Shown here: in pieces, positions 9,112-17,700 of the stretch
Position numbering within the stretch: the first letter of the stretch is position 1
Layout: the number at the start of each line of letters is the position of its first letter
Source of the DNA: a virus
Lineage: Duplodnaviria > Caudoviricetes
DNA: 51,456 nt
Strand: one strand, 5' to 3'
Virus record (IMG/VR): IMGVR_UViG_3300024232_000003
Span: 1-51,456 of that record
The notes under the pieces: model-generated
Seen by the model: only the letters and a program-made list of their open reading frames with translations
What the model was told of the DNA's origin: nothing
The model's database searches: none
Translations under genes and position numbers: made by a program

Positions 9112-11121
9112 TCACGGACCGTGTCGGAAATAACGGAAGTTCCAGACGCATGGGCTGGCCCCGCTCCACGTCGAAACAAAGAAGCCTACAGCCGTTGGAG
9201 TCAGCGTCCCAGCAAAGGCCGTGGCCATTTCGGCCCACGAGATCCCATCCGGCGATGCGTAGGGCAGCCAGGTATTGGCCGCTGTGTATTTGAGACGAAG
9301 GAAGACGTCCCCGTATGGTCCAGCCGAGAGCGTACCAACCGAGCCGATCGAGGCCGCCTGAGTGTTGTAGCCAGTCATTCTCGACCAGCGAAGCTGATTC
9401 GCCTCCGTGGGGCTCAGCCAGAGGCCGATTTGCGTGCCGGCCGCATAGGTTGTGCCGTCCGCGAACAGGACGCCGGCCAGTGGAAAGCTTTGAGTGCGGC
9501 CATACTGCCGAAAGGCTACTTCGATGTAATCACCGACGTTGACCGTGGTTGTTTTCATCCACGCATGCAGCTCGGCGCTCGCATCGCCTCCTGGGTGATA
9601 GATCGAAAGCGTGTTGTTCGTTTCCGTGATGGTCGGCAAATGTGAGCCGCTATTAACTGCCGTCCAGCCAGTTGGAAAGTTAGTGGCCGAGAACTCGTCG
9701 CTGTCGCCGGCTGGCGTGAAGACTGGATAAACCGAGCTGATCGGATCGGTAGTGGCCCCTCCGCCCCCCGCGATCACTCCCGTCTGCTCAATGTTTACGA
9801 CCATTTCCCGAAGCGTGATGCTATTAGAGGCCGACGAGGTTCCCCATGTCACCGTGACTGTCAATGTCTTTCCGACCGTCGTATCTATCGAGCCAATCGC
9901 GGCCGTGTTGGTAAGGTTCACCAGCAACCCGGCCGTCGCGGTCGTGTCGAATTCGGCCAGCCCTTGGGCCTCTATTGTGCCGCTCGCGCCGATCCCAGTG
10001 ACGATCAGTGTTGCTTCGGCCGTCCAGCCAAAGTTTGTCGTGCTGCCGACCAAGGCGCTGATGGTTCCAGTCGTCAACAACACGGTGCTGCCGATCTTCA
10101 GCTTGGCCACGATCGTTCCAGCAACCAACGCGGTCGAGTAAACGCCGTAAAGCTTGATCGTGATGACTGAGCCGACAACCAGCGTGTTAGCTGGAATCGT
10201 GTAGCTCGACGCGAAGGCCGTCTCCGCAGCCGTGCTGGCGACCGTGTTTCCACCAGGAACCGAGCCGTCTTGATAAACCAGGGAGGCCGGGCTGCCGGTG
10301 ATCGACAGCACCGTGCCAGTGATAGCCAGGCCGGCCCCGATGGTGTTCTCTGTGTAAGGAGATCCGCTGCCCGCGTCTCCCGAGCCGAGCCAGCGTGAAC
10401 TGGAAGTCGCATTGGCGATTTTGGCCAGCGTGACTGTTGAATTGGGAATATCGGCCGTCACCATCGCCCGAAAGGTTGGAGTGGCCGCTCCCCCTGAAGT
10501 AGGCCCGGCAAAGATCGTATTCGCCGTCTGGGTAGCCAGAGTGACTGCCAACGTCCCTGAAGTCGTAATAGGGCTTCCGGCCACGGCCAAAAATGAAGGT
10601 ACGGTCATAGCGACCGACGTCACGCCGCCAGCAGAGACCGTAATCCACTTCAATCCAGTGGCTTGAGTCGAGTCGGCCGAAAGCACCTGGCCGTCAGAAC
10701 CCACGGCGAGCCTCGCGTTGACCGTCGAAAACGTGTACACGTCTCCTTTGGTCGTCAACGGACTGCCGGCTCCCGAGGGAAGATCGGCTGCGACCAGAGC
10801 CCGAAAGGTCGGCTGGGCCGCTGCTCCCGATGTTGGGCCGGCCCAGACTCGATTCGCCGATTGGGTGGCCTTCTCAAACGTCAGTGTGCCGGAGGTCGTT
10901 ACTGGCGAGCCGCTGACGGTGAACTCGGTTGGAGCGGCCAGACCCACGCTCGTAACCGTGCCGCCGCCAGTGATTACGATTGTGTACGTACCATCGGCCC
11001 CACGAACGATGTAGCCGCCCTCTTCCAGTGAGTTGACTATCTGCGCAACGACTTCCGTGAAGCGCCGCATCTTCTCGGGATACTTCTCAGGGTCGGATAC
11101 GCGGGGGACTTCACCTGTCAT
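9112..11121 (-). CDS. Tail fibre / receptor-binding protein
   Basis: Thr/Gly/Ser-rich; two VTSV..GSP.TTSGTL..AGPTSG..PTFRA repeats; TTKGD..RLAVGSDGQVL fibre motif; beta-sandwich-like C-terminus. Confidence 0.8.
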   Translation of the reverse strand: MTGEVPRVSDPEKYPEKMRRFTEVVAQIVNSLEEGGYIVRGADGTYTIVITGGGTVTSVGLAAPTEFTVSGSPVTTSGTLTFEKATQSANRVWAGPTSGAAAQPTFRALVAADLPSGAGSPLTTKGDVYTFSTVNARLAVGSDGQVLSADSTQATGLKWITVSAGGVTSVAMTVPSFLAVAGSPITTSGTLAVTLATQTANTIFAGPTSGGAATPTFRAMVTADIPNSTVTLAKIANATSSSRWLGSGDAGSGSPYTENTIGAGLAITGTVLSITGSPASLVYQDGSVPGGNTVASTAAETAFASSYTIPANTLVVGSVITIKLYGVYSTALVAGTIVAKLKIGSTVLLTTGTISALVGSTTNFGWTAEATLIVTGIGASGTIEAQGLAEFDTTATAGLLVNLTNTAAIGSIDTTVGKTLTVTVTWGTSSASNSITLREMVVNIEQTGVIAGGGGATTDPISSVYPVFTPAGDSDEFSATNFPTGWTAVNSGSHLPTITETNNTLSIYHPGGDASAELHAWMKTTTVNVGDYIEVAFRQYGRTQSFPLAGVLFADGTTYAAGTQIGLWLSPTEANQLRWSRMTGYNTQAASIGSVGTLSAGPYGDVFLRLKYTAANTWLPYASPDGISWAEMATAFAGTLTPTAVGFFVSTWSGASPCVWNFRYFRHGP

Positions 11122-12086
11122 TAAGCGACTCCAGAGCCAAGCCAGTAGCCGGTGTTTCCGAAGTTCCCAGTTACGCCGCCGAGGCCAGCATCATCGCCGC
11201 CGCCGTAGCCAGTCGGATCTCCAGAGGCCGTTCCTGTTGGAGTGGCCCAGGGGTCGAAGCCACCGCTCACTGGGCCTGAACTTCCAGTGAAGCCTCCAGT
11301 AAAGCCGCTAGTCGATGGCGGACTATAAGTTCCCAACCCTGGCGTCGCGCTCGTGGCCCCGCCCATGTATGGCGTGGCTCCCGCTCCGCCTGATGGGAAG
11401 AATGTCGAACCCGAGCCATAGGTTCCGCCGCGGGGGGCCGCACCGACTCTGGCCCCGCCTCCACTACCAGCGCTCGGGCCACCCCGGCCAGCCGCCATCC
11501 TCATCTGCTGCTGAGACAGGGCCATCTGCTGGGCCGCCGAGGCCTGTGCTTGCTGCTGCTGGCCGTAAGACTGGTACAACGAACTGTACTCTGCTCCATT
11601 CGGATACGGAATTTGGACTCCATTCATGAAATTAAGCTGAGCTTGCCCAAGGTTCGCTTCGTAGCCCGCGTACGTAGAAGCCAGCTGAGAACCAAGCCCA
11701 GCATATGCTTTCTCGGCATCCAAAGACGCGCCGCGTTGCGCAGCGCTAGCCGCAGTCGTATTCCCTATCCCCCTGTTAATGGAATTCTGCATCGCGCCTC
11801 CAGACTGCTTCGCGTAAACGTCACCGATAGCTTGCGCTGCAGGCGCAGCTACGCCCCAAGGCGTTCCTCCCTGTCCAAGTGAATTGCCAACATTGTTCAT
11901 CACTGTTTGATAGCCCGACAAAATATTGGCGTAATTCTGGCTGTTTGCGGAAAGCGCGTTGTTATAACTCTGCGCGTAGTTTTGAGCCAATCCCATCGGC
12001 CCAGCCATGATTCCGGCGTAGGGATTTCCGGGCGTGCTCGAAGCGAAGTTCAAGGCCCCGTTGATCGGTTGTCCGAGTTGGCTCAT
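11121..12086 (-). CDS. Gly/Gln/Ala-rich putative ejection (pilot) protein
   Basis: Low-complexity composition; follows tail nozzle as in podoviruses. Confidence 0.55.
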   Translation of the reverse strand: MSQLGQPINGALNFASSTPGNPYAGIMAGPMGLAQNYAQSYNNALSANSQNYANILSGYQTVMNNVGNSLGQGGTPWGVAAPAAQAIGDVYAKQSGGAMQNSINRGIGNTTAASAAQRGASLDAEKAYAGLGSQLASTYAGYEANLGQAQLNFMNGVQIPYPNGAEYSSLYQSYGQQQQAQASAAQQMALSQQQMRMAAGRGGPSAGSGGGARVGAAPRGGTYGSGSTFFPSGGAGATPYMGGATSATPGLGTYSPPSTSGFTGGFTGSSGPVSGGFDPWATPTGTASGDPTGYGGGDDAGLGGVTGNFGNTGYWLGSGVA

Positions 12087-12100
12087 GTTTAACCTCTACT

Positions 12101-12177
12101 TATAATGATGAAGCCGACTGGAGTTACAGGCCAGTCGGCTTCAAACACAACCCGCTTTATGGGAGCGAGTCATGCCT
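12101..12177 (+). promoter_or_regulatory. Endonuclease leader element, copy 1 (-10 box, hairpin, RBS-sequestering stem)
   Basis: TATAAT at 12101; 13-bp stem 12109-12121/12131-12143; AACACAACCCGCTTT and GGAGCGAGTCATGCCT shared with 29131-29210. Confidence 0.75.
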
Positions 12178-12687
12178 GAGTTCGATTCTAGCATCGAGTA
12201 CCGCGACATCGAAGGATTCCCTGGATACAAGGTTGGCAGCGACGGCCATGTGTGGAGTTGTCGCGTATTCAACCGATGGCACAGAACTGGCCCCTGGAAG
12301 CAGTTGCGACCAGGCATCAACAAGATATCTGGGCATCGCATGCTGGTACTCCACCCAGGAAGGCTCTCCATTCAGGTCCACCGCTTGGTAATGAACGCTT
12401 TCAGAGGCCCTTGCCCGGCCGGCCTAGAGGTCTGCCACGGCGACGACGACACGAGCAACAATCAACTATCAAATCTTCGTTACGACACGCATAAAGGAAA
12501 CATGGCTGACGCCTCTCGCAACGGGAGAATGCGTACGAAACTATCCGCGGCACAGGTTGTCGAAATCCGAAGGCGGTATGCTGCAAAGGAAGCCACCCAG
12601 GTTGAGCTTGCCGCCCAATTCAAGGTTCGTCAAAGCACGATCAGCGCCATAGTCCGGTGGAAAATATGGATACACGTCAATCTTTAG
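12172..12687 (+). CDS. NUMOD4-HNH homing endonuclease with C-terminal HTH (antisense insertion)
   Basis: YRDIEGFPGYKVGSDG (NUMOD4); VHRLV..AF.G..VCHGDDDTSNNQLSNL (HNH); KLSAAQVVEIR. Confidence 0.9.
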   Translation: MPEFDSSIEYRDIEGFPGYKVGSDGHVWSCRVFNRWHRTGPWKQLRPGINKISGHRMLVLHPGRLSIQVHRLVMNAFRGPCPAGLEVCHGDDDTSNNQLSNLRYDTHKGNMADASRNGRMRTKLSAAQVVEIRRRYAAKEATQVELAAQFKVRQSTISAIVRWKIWIHVNL

Positions 12688-14008
12688 ATCGCCTGCGTAT
12701 TTTGCCACAAGTCTTTATCAATGCCCGGCACTGCTCGAATCGCCAGGGATTGTCGGACGATACGCCTATGTACAAAACGTGACTGGCGACTCGGATGAAT
12801 TCTGTTGCGTTTCGGCCTCCGGTCCAGGTGCCAGTTAGCCTAGCGCTTTGCGCCAGGGCTTGTTCGGCCGTGGTTCCTGCAAGGACGCTGTAGGTTACTG
12901 ATCCGGAGTCGCTGCCTAAGACTGCCTGCAACTCCTTAATTACGAGCTCATCGAGATTGTCGGTCGAGATCGGGCCAATGATCACCGAAGACTGGATGAT
13001 TCGGCCGTCGTCGTTCGAGGCGTTCTGGTCGAGGTATCTTACTACCCCGTCGAATGAGCCGATCAACTCCACGCGATCCTCGGCCGAATTGCCGTCGAAC
13101 TGGCAGCAGCAAAGCGGGCTATGGTTCGGGTTCGAGAAGACATCTTGGAACCAGCCTCCCGTGCGCTGCTCGTAGAAGTAGTGCGTGGCCGCTCCGGCCG
13201 CCACGGTGGGCGTGATGTAGGCATGAACCCCTTGCTCGCGCTCCGACCAGCACAGGCTCACCGTGTTGGCCCCCGAGTCGACATGATCCAGGAGGTTGTC
13301 GATCTGCTGGCTGATGCGTTGGGGCTGAGAGCCGGGCGCGATGGTGTAAATGCCCATCCGGTTCGACATGAAGTAAACGGTTCCATAAGGGTCGATGCAC
13401 CAGGCCCTTCCCCAAGCCATGCCGATCGAGTTGGAGATCAGGTCGATCGAGCCACCCGCCCTGGGGTCGCCATTGAACAGCCAGAGCGAGTGAGTGCAAC
13501 CGAGGAAGCCGATGTCGTCCGTGAACGGAATGAAGCCCGTCACCATGTCGGCAATCTCGCCTTGCCGGGAAGCGCTTCCCCAGATGGCGTCCGTGGAGCT
13601 TGGACTAAGCGGGGCCAGGTCCATGTTCGTCGGGTCTCCCACAGCGCTCATGAACCAGTTGTAGGGCTGGCCGATGAGGCCGCTCAACCACACCCCGCCT
13701 CGCCAGGTCTCGATGAGCCTTGGGATGTTGCCGGCACCATCAATCGGCATCGTGCCCGCCGAGGCCGTCCAGTCGTCTACTATGCCCGTGGCCGGGTCGA
13801 ACCTCCGATAGTTCACCCCGTCGACGTACCATAGCTCGCCGTTAAGGGCCGTGCCGAAGTTCAGGCGTGAGGCGTCGAATGCGGGCGTTGTGAGGCTGCT
13901 GTTGGTGGCCGCGGTCCATGCTGTCTCGCCGGCATGCGCGTAAAGCAAGTTGCCGTTGGAGACCGCCACGGCCGTTACAACTCTTCCGCTTGTGCTTTGC
14001 TGGACCAT
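12677..14008 (-). CDS. Tail nozzle / tubular protein B-like (beta-propeller), apparently lacking its N-terminus
   Basis: Repeated beta-blade pattern (SAVGDPTNMD, GTVYFMSNRMGIY, RISQQID); position upstream of ejection proteins. Confidence 0.65.
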   Translation of the reverse strand: MVQQSTSGRVVTAVAVSNGNLLYAHAGETAWTAATNSSLTTPAFDASRLNFGTALNGELWYVDGVNYRRFDPATGIVDDWTASAGTMPIDGAGNIPRLIETWRGGVWLSGLIGQPYNWFMSAVGDPTNMDLAPLSPSSTDAIWGSASRQGEIADMVTGFIPFTDDIGFLGCTHSLWLFNGDPRAGGSIDLISNSIGMAWGRAWCIDPYGTVYFMSNRMGIYTIAPGSQPQRISQQIDNLLDHVDSGANTVSLCWSEREQGVHAYITPTVAAGAATHYFYEQRTGGWFQDVFSNPNHSPLCCCQFDGNSAEDRVELIGSFDGVVRYLDQNASNDDGRIIQSSVIIGPISTDNLDELVIKELQAVLGSDSGSVTYSVLAGTTAEQALAQSARLTGTWTGGRNATEFIRVASHVLYIGVSSDNPWRFEQCRALIKTCGKIRRRSKD

Positions 14009-14014
14009 GAGGCC

Positions 14015-14695
14015 TCACGGGGAATAGAAGAGATTGAACGGAAGGATCGCTATGAACGAGCCCGCTACCACGGTCCAGTCGCTTGCCAGAACACTAAAGG
14101 CCGGATTGAAGAAAAGAGCGAACGATTGCGTTACTGTCTGAACCTGCGGATGGCCGACAAAGGCATAAGGCCCAGGGAACCCAGCGCTGACAAAGGTGGC
14201 CGTCAGAGTCACCGTCACCCCGTCCGTCTCGATCTTGAAGTTGGCCGTCCCCTGGCCTGTCCCGCCTCCGTCCGGCGTTCCAACAATCACTCCGGTAATA
14301 CCCGTGAAGGTCGGCTTGTTGCCCTGGAACCATCGCTCGGCAACTTCTACGCGAGGAGCGTTCCGCACGGGCGGGCTGTTGGTCTCCGAATAGTCGAGCC
14401 TGAGCGTCAAGGGAACGAAGGTGTTCTGGAACGTGGCCGCCTGGTCGGCGGTCACTATGCAGCTCAATGACTGAATTTTATTGAAGCCCGAGACCTGCGA
14501 TGTCGAACCTCTGCCGAGGAACGGAGTCAGCCCCTGCCGCGATCCACCCCGGAGCCGATCCGTGGATCCGTCGTAGGCCCGCACGTTGATTGCCGAGGGG
14601 CTCGTGTCGGGCCGCTGGTCGAAGTAGGGCAACGACACGTCCATACCCAGACGGGGAAACTCGATGTTCCTGAAGTTCTCCCGCTTGTCGGGCAT
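14015..14695 (-). CDS. Nozzle N-terminal-like domain plus unique ~150-aa extension
   Basis: First ~85 aa paralogous to 14696..14971 (NVRA.DGST...RGGSRQGLTP.LGRGST.QVSG). Confidence 0.7.
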   Translation of the reverse strand: MPDKRENFRNIEFPRLGMDVSLPYFDQRPDTSPSAINVRAYDGSTDRLRGGSRQGLTPFLGRGSTSQVSGFNKIQSLSCIVTADQAATFQNTFVPLTLRLDYSETNSPPVRNAPRVEVAERWFQGNKPTFTGITGVIVGTPDGGGTGQGTANFKIETDGVTVTLTATFVSAGFPGPYAFVGHPQVQTVTQSFALFFNPAFSVLASDWTVVAGSFIAILPFNLFYSP

Positions 14696-14971
14696 TTAGC
14701 TCTCCGCACTCGCTGAGGCCGTGACGATTACCGAAATGCTTTGAATCAGGTGATACCCGCTCACTTGGGCCGTGCTGCCCCTGCCAAGGATGGGAGTGAG
14801 GCCCTGCCGCGAGCCGCCTCGGGCCTTGTTGGTCGAGCCGTCGAAGGCTCGCACGTTCACGGCCGCTGGCGTCGTGTTGGCCGGCTGCTTCAGGTAGGCC
14901 ATTGACGTGTTGAGGCCCAAAAGTGGAAACCTCATGTCCACGAAAACTTCATCTGTTACTTTCTTGGCCAT
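14696..14971 (-). CDS. Stand-alone nozzle N-terminal-like domain
   Basis: 91 aa; paralog of 14015..14695 N-terminus; same frame as the two downstream ORFs. Confidence 0.7.
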   Translation of the reverse strand: MAKKVTDEVFVDMRFPLLGLNTSMAYLKQPANTTPAAVNVRAFDGSTNKARGGSRQGLTPILGRGSTAQVSGYHLIQSISVIVTASASAES

Positions 14972-14975
14972 GTTC

Positions 14976-15347
14976 TCACCTGCTGAAGATCAGGAACTCG
15001 ACAAGGCAGGCGGTCGTATTGGCCAGGCCGTAAGGGACGCAAGCCGGCAAGAGCGGCCCCAGCATCCACTCGCCGGCGGCCAGCTTCATGAAGTCGGCCC
15101 CGGCAGCGCCATTGCGCAACGTGATGTAGTTGACAACGTCGGAATTGTAGAAGAAGGCCCAGCCGCAACTGGTAATGCCGCCCAGCGGAAAGGCTGTGGC
15201 GCTAGTAGCGATTGATATGACGCCTTCGGAGAAGATGCCCGAGGCGACGGAGACGAGGCCGCCAGTGATGTTCCTGGCGACGGCCGCGGACATGGGGGGA
15301 ATCTTGGAACAGGAGAGGCTCCCGTTCACGGTCAACTCATTGGCCAC
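14976..15347 (-). CDS. Putative virion structural protein
   Basis: MANELTV... beta-rich 123 aa; preceded by the 15-nt start-associated motif. Confidence 0.65.
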   Translation of the reverse strand: MANELTVNGSLSCSKIPPMSAAVARNITGGLVSVASGIFSEGVISIATSATAFPLGGITSCGWAFFYNSDVVNYITLRNGAAGADFMKLAAGEWMLGPLLPACVPYGLANTTACLVEFLIFSR

Positions 15348-15359
15348 GGTCCTTCACTA

Positions 15360-15374
15360 TTCTGCGACGGTCTT
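15360..15374 (-). promoter_or_regulatory. Start-associated motif AAGACCGTCGCAGAA, copy 1
   Basis: Exact copies at 27339-27353 and 31483-31497; 12 nt upstream of GTG 15347. Confidence 0.85.
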
Positions 15375-15398
15375 TGCCTGCTGAACGGAACTCCTCAC

Positions 15399-15407
15399 AG
15401 TCTACCA
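15399..15407 (-). promoter_or_regulatory. Putative extended -10 promoter
   Basis: TGGTAGACT (TGnTAnnnT) directly after a terminator. Confidence 0.45.
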
Positions 15408-15413
15408 CTATTC

Positions 15414-15447
15414 AACGACAAAGCCCCGGAGGAACAACCTCCGGGGC
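15414..15447 (-). terminator. Rho-independent terminator after the lysis/accessory block
   Basis: 10-bp stem GCCCCGGAGG/CCTCCGGGGC followed by TTTGTCGTT on the minus strand. Confidence 0.75.
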
Positions 15448-15475
15448 CCCAGGAGTCTAACACGAACAGAGGAGA

Positions 15476-15757
15476 CTACTTCGCCTTGCCCTTGGCCTTG
15501 GCCAGTTGGGCCGGGGTCGGAGGAGGCGTCGGGGTATTGGCTGCCAAGGCTGCGGCCAGGGCGTCACTCTTCGCCTTCAAGGTCACGCCCAGGTCGGTGA
15601 CAGGCTGAAGCTCTGCGGCTGTGGCGCCGCCTTGGATAGCCGCGTCCACGGCCGTCTTGATGAGGCCCGGAACCGAGCCGATGAATACAGATGCGGCATC
15701 CATCACAGTGTCGGCTGCGGTCATTTCGTCGATAACGGGTTGCAGGTTTGCTGCCAT
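15476..15757 (-). CDS. Ala-rich helical hypothetical protein
   Basis: GGAGAG RBS; clean ORF. Confidence 0.75.
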   Translation of the reverse strand: MAANLQPVIDEMTAADTVMDAASVFIGSVPGLIKTAVDAAIQGGATAAELQPVTDLGVTLKAKSDALAAALAANTPTPPPTPAQLAKAKGKAK

Positions 15758-15789
15758 GAGAACTCTCCTTCATGAAGTGGTGAGACAGG

Positions 15790-15960
15790 CTATGTGCCTG
15801 TTGTTTTACTCGCGTCCAGGGCCGCTTGCAAGGCGTCGGATTTCTCCTTGAGCTTTGCAGCGGCTGCTTCGAGCTTGGCGGGGTCGTCTCGATGCATCAA
15901 CCAAAGAAGGATGAAATGCAACGTCTCCCGGTCCAAGCCGATCGTGATATTGAAGTGCAT
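15790..15960 (-). CDS. Small protein, 56 aa (not in ORF track)
   Basis: MHFNITIGLDRETLHFILLW...LKEKSDALQAALDA; AGGGGG RBS; similar to C-terminus of 15476..15757. Confidence 0.65.
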   Translation of the reverse strand: MHFNITIGLDRETLHFILLWLMHRDDPAKLEAAAAKLKEKSDALQAALDASKTTGT

Positions 15961-15970
15961 TGCAACCCCC

Positions 15971-16336
15971 TTACGTCTGGACTTCAGACAGCATGGCTGC
16001 CACGTCGGGCTCCGTAATGGTTTTGCCGACCTGAAGGAAGGCGTCCTCGATGGCGGCCTTGGGATCCTGGTCGGAGCATTGCTGGTCGATCACTTCCCGG
16101 AGCTGGGCCCTGTGGCCTCTTAGCTGTCGGTTGAACATACGGGTCACCCGCTGAGGCCGATTGGCCAGCGGCAGGCAGGTGAGCAGCATCGGCAACAGCG
16201 TCTTGAACAAAGACATGATCAAGTCGAGGAACGGGTGAGGGCTCGGGGCCGGCGGAGGAACCGGGTCGTCGCCCATCCCCGTGTCACCCCAAACGATGGC
16301 GGCGATCTTGGCGGACTGTTCTTCGATTGCGGACAT
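15971..16336 (-). CDS. Hypothetical protein
   Basis: GGGGA RBS; fills the operon. Confidence 0.7.
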   Translation of the reverse strand: MSAIEEQSAKIAAIVWGDTGMGDDPVPPPAPSPHPFLDLIMSLFKTLLPMLLTCLPLANRPQRVTRMFNRQLRGHRAQLREVIDQQCSDQDPKAAIEDAFLQVGKTITEPDVAAMLSEVQT

Positions 16337-16345
16337 GGTTTCCCC

Positions 16346-16567
16346 TTACCTGGTTAAAAACATCGCGAGTTCAAAAAGAGCCGAGCCCCAGAAGCACACG
16401 TTCGCGGTGATACATCGCTTCTTGGGGCCAGTGAAGCAGAAGGTTAATAGGGCTCCCTCGATCATATGGGAGAACGCCTCGAATGTTCCCGGCCAGCTCA
16501 GGCCGTGCCCTGGCACTGTGAAGCGGCCGACAATCATAAAGGCCGTTGCTGCCAGCATCCAAATCAT
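16346..16567 (-). CDS. Small multi-pass membrane protein
   Basis: Three hydrophobic segments in 73 aa; ATGA coupling. Confidence 0.6.
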   Translation of the reverse strand: MIWMLAATAFMIVGRFTVPGHGLSWPGTFEAFSHMIEGALLTFCFTGPKKRCITANVCFWGSALFELAMFLTR

Positions 16568-16755
16568 GATCTGCCCGCCAGCTGTTCTTCCCAGGTGTCA
16601 ATGATCTCTGGAGTAATGACAGTCCCAGCTTTGATTGTGTAGATCATGTGGCCGGCCAGATCTTCTACCTTGCGAAGGCGGGCGACTTCTCCCTCTATAC
16701 CCTTGAGCAGCAGCTTGAACTCAGGGCTGTCTTCGGGCTTGGTTTCAGGCGTCAT
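16564..16755 (-). CDS. Hypothetical protein
   Basis: ATGA overlap with upstream gene (start 16755). Confidence 0.6.
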   Translation of the reverse strand: MTPETKPEDSPEFKLLLKGIEGEVARLRKVEDLAGHMIYTIKAGTVITPEIIDTWEEQLAGRS

Positions 16756-17321
16756 TGGCCGCACCCGCCCTTTCCGCACCCGCCGCCTTTGTGTCCTCGG
16801 AAGATGCGGCCAAGCACTCTACGGATGGGGCCACTGCGAGCGACTGCACTCACGCTGGAGCCGTCGCCGACGTTGGAACCGTAAAGCGTCATGGGCGGAT
16901 CGGCACAGGCCACAGGCGGAGGAGCGTACTGCATTCTGGCCTTCATCGTGGCCACTTGCTCCGGAGTCATCTTCATCCCGCAACAGGGGCACACATCGCT
17001 CGATGAACTCGGCGGCAGGGTGGCCACAGGCTGCCACATCGCCTCCGGCACAAAACGAGTTCGAGTCACAAAACGAGTAGCCGGGACTACCGGGCAGACT
17101 CCGCCTGGGCAGTTGGATTGAACCCGGAGTTGAGGCAGGAAGTCGCTTTCCTCCGAGCCGCCCGAATGCTTGGGACAACCGAGGCAGGTGCAGTCGGCTC
17201 CGCACGTGCAAGGCTTGCCTTGGCTGCATCCGCAATCATCTTTCAGGGTCGATTGAGGCAGGGCCTCGGCATAAGCCGGGATGCTGATAACAAGGGCGGC
17301 GAGCAGGGCTAAATACTTCAT
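16752..17321 (-). CDS. Secreted Cys-rich protein with metallothionein-like N-terminal cluster
   Basis: Signal peptide MKYLALLAALVISIPAYA; CGCSQGKPCTCGADCTCLGC; CPGGVCP; start 17321 with GGAG RBS. Confidence 0.7.
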   Translation of the reverse strand: MKYLALLAALVISIPAYAEALPQSTLKDDCGCSQGKPCTCGADCTCLGCPKHSGGSEESDFLPQLRVQSNCPGGVCPVVPATRFVTRTRFVPEAMWQPVATLPPSSSSDVCPCCGMKMTPEQVATMKARMQYAPPPVACADPPMTLYGSNVGDGSSVSAVARSGPIRRVLGRIFRGHKGGGCGKGGCGQ

Positions 17322-17366
17322 GATCCACTCCTTTGTAGAGGCACACGGCCTCATTAACTAACGCGG

Positions 17367-17690
17367 TCAGGTTCCAGTAGGACAGTTGGGCACAGAGATC
17401 ATTGTACGCCGTGAGCCAGGTAGCTGAGTCCACCAGGGCCCCGCTCCACACTTCGGGCAGGTATGAGCCTGCCTGTTTCCGAAGCTGCTTTCTCCATGCG
17501 TCCACACGTATCCACAGGCACCGCAACGATGCGAATGCTGGGGCTCACGGGGCCGGCTGGGAACGAACTGGATGATGGGCTGAACGATTACCGGCTTGGG
17601 CTGAAGGGACGACAACGGTGGCAGGGTGCTCTGCGGGAGATCCGCATAGGCCACACCCGCCACCAACAAGAGGACAACTATTCGACACAT
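17367..17690 (-). CDS. Secreted protein with His/Cys zinc-ribbon motif
   Basis: Signal peptide ending AYA; HSHRCGACGYVWTH...AHTCPKCG. Confidence 0.7.
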   Translation of the reverse strand: MCRIVVLLLVAGVAYADLPQSTLPPLSSLQPKPVIVQPIIQFVPSRPREPQHSHRCGACGYVWTHGESSFGNRQAHTCPKCGAGPWWTQLPGSRRTMISVPNCPTGT

Positions 17691-17700
17691 GGGAGCCTCC

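Noticed and set aside
9112-14971. Diversity-generating retroelement acting on tail genes
   Set aside because: No reverse transcriptase, and the repeat pairs do not show adenine-specific differences.
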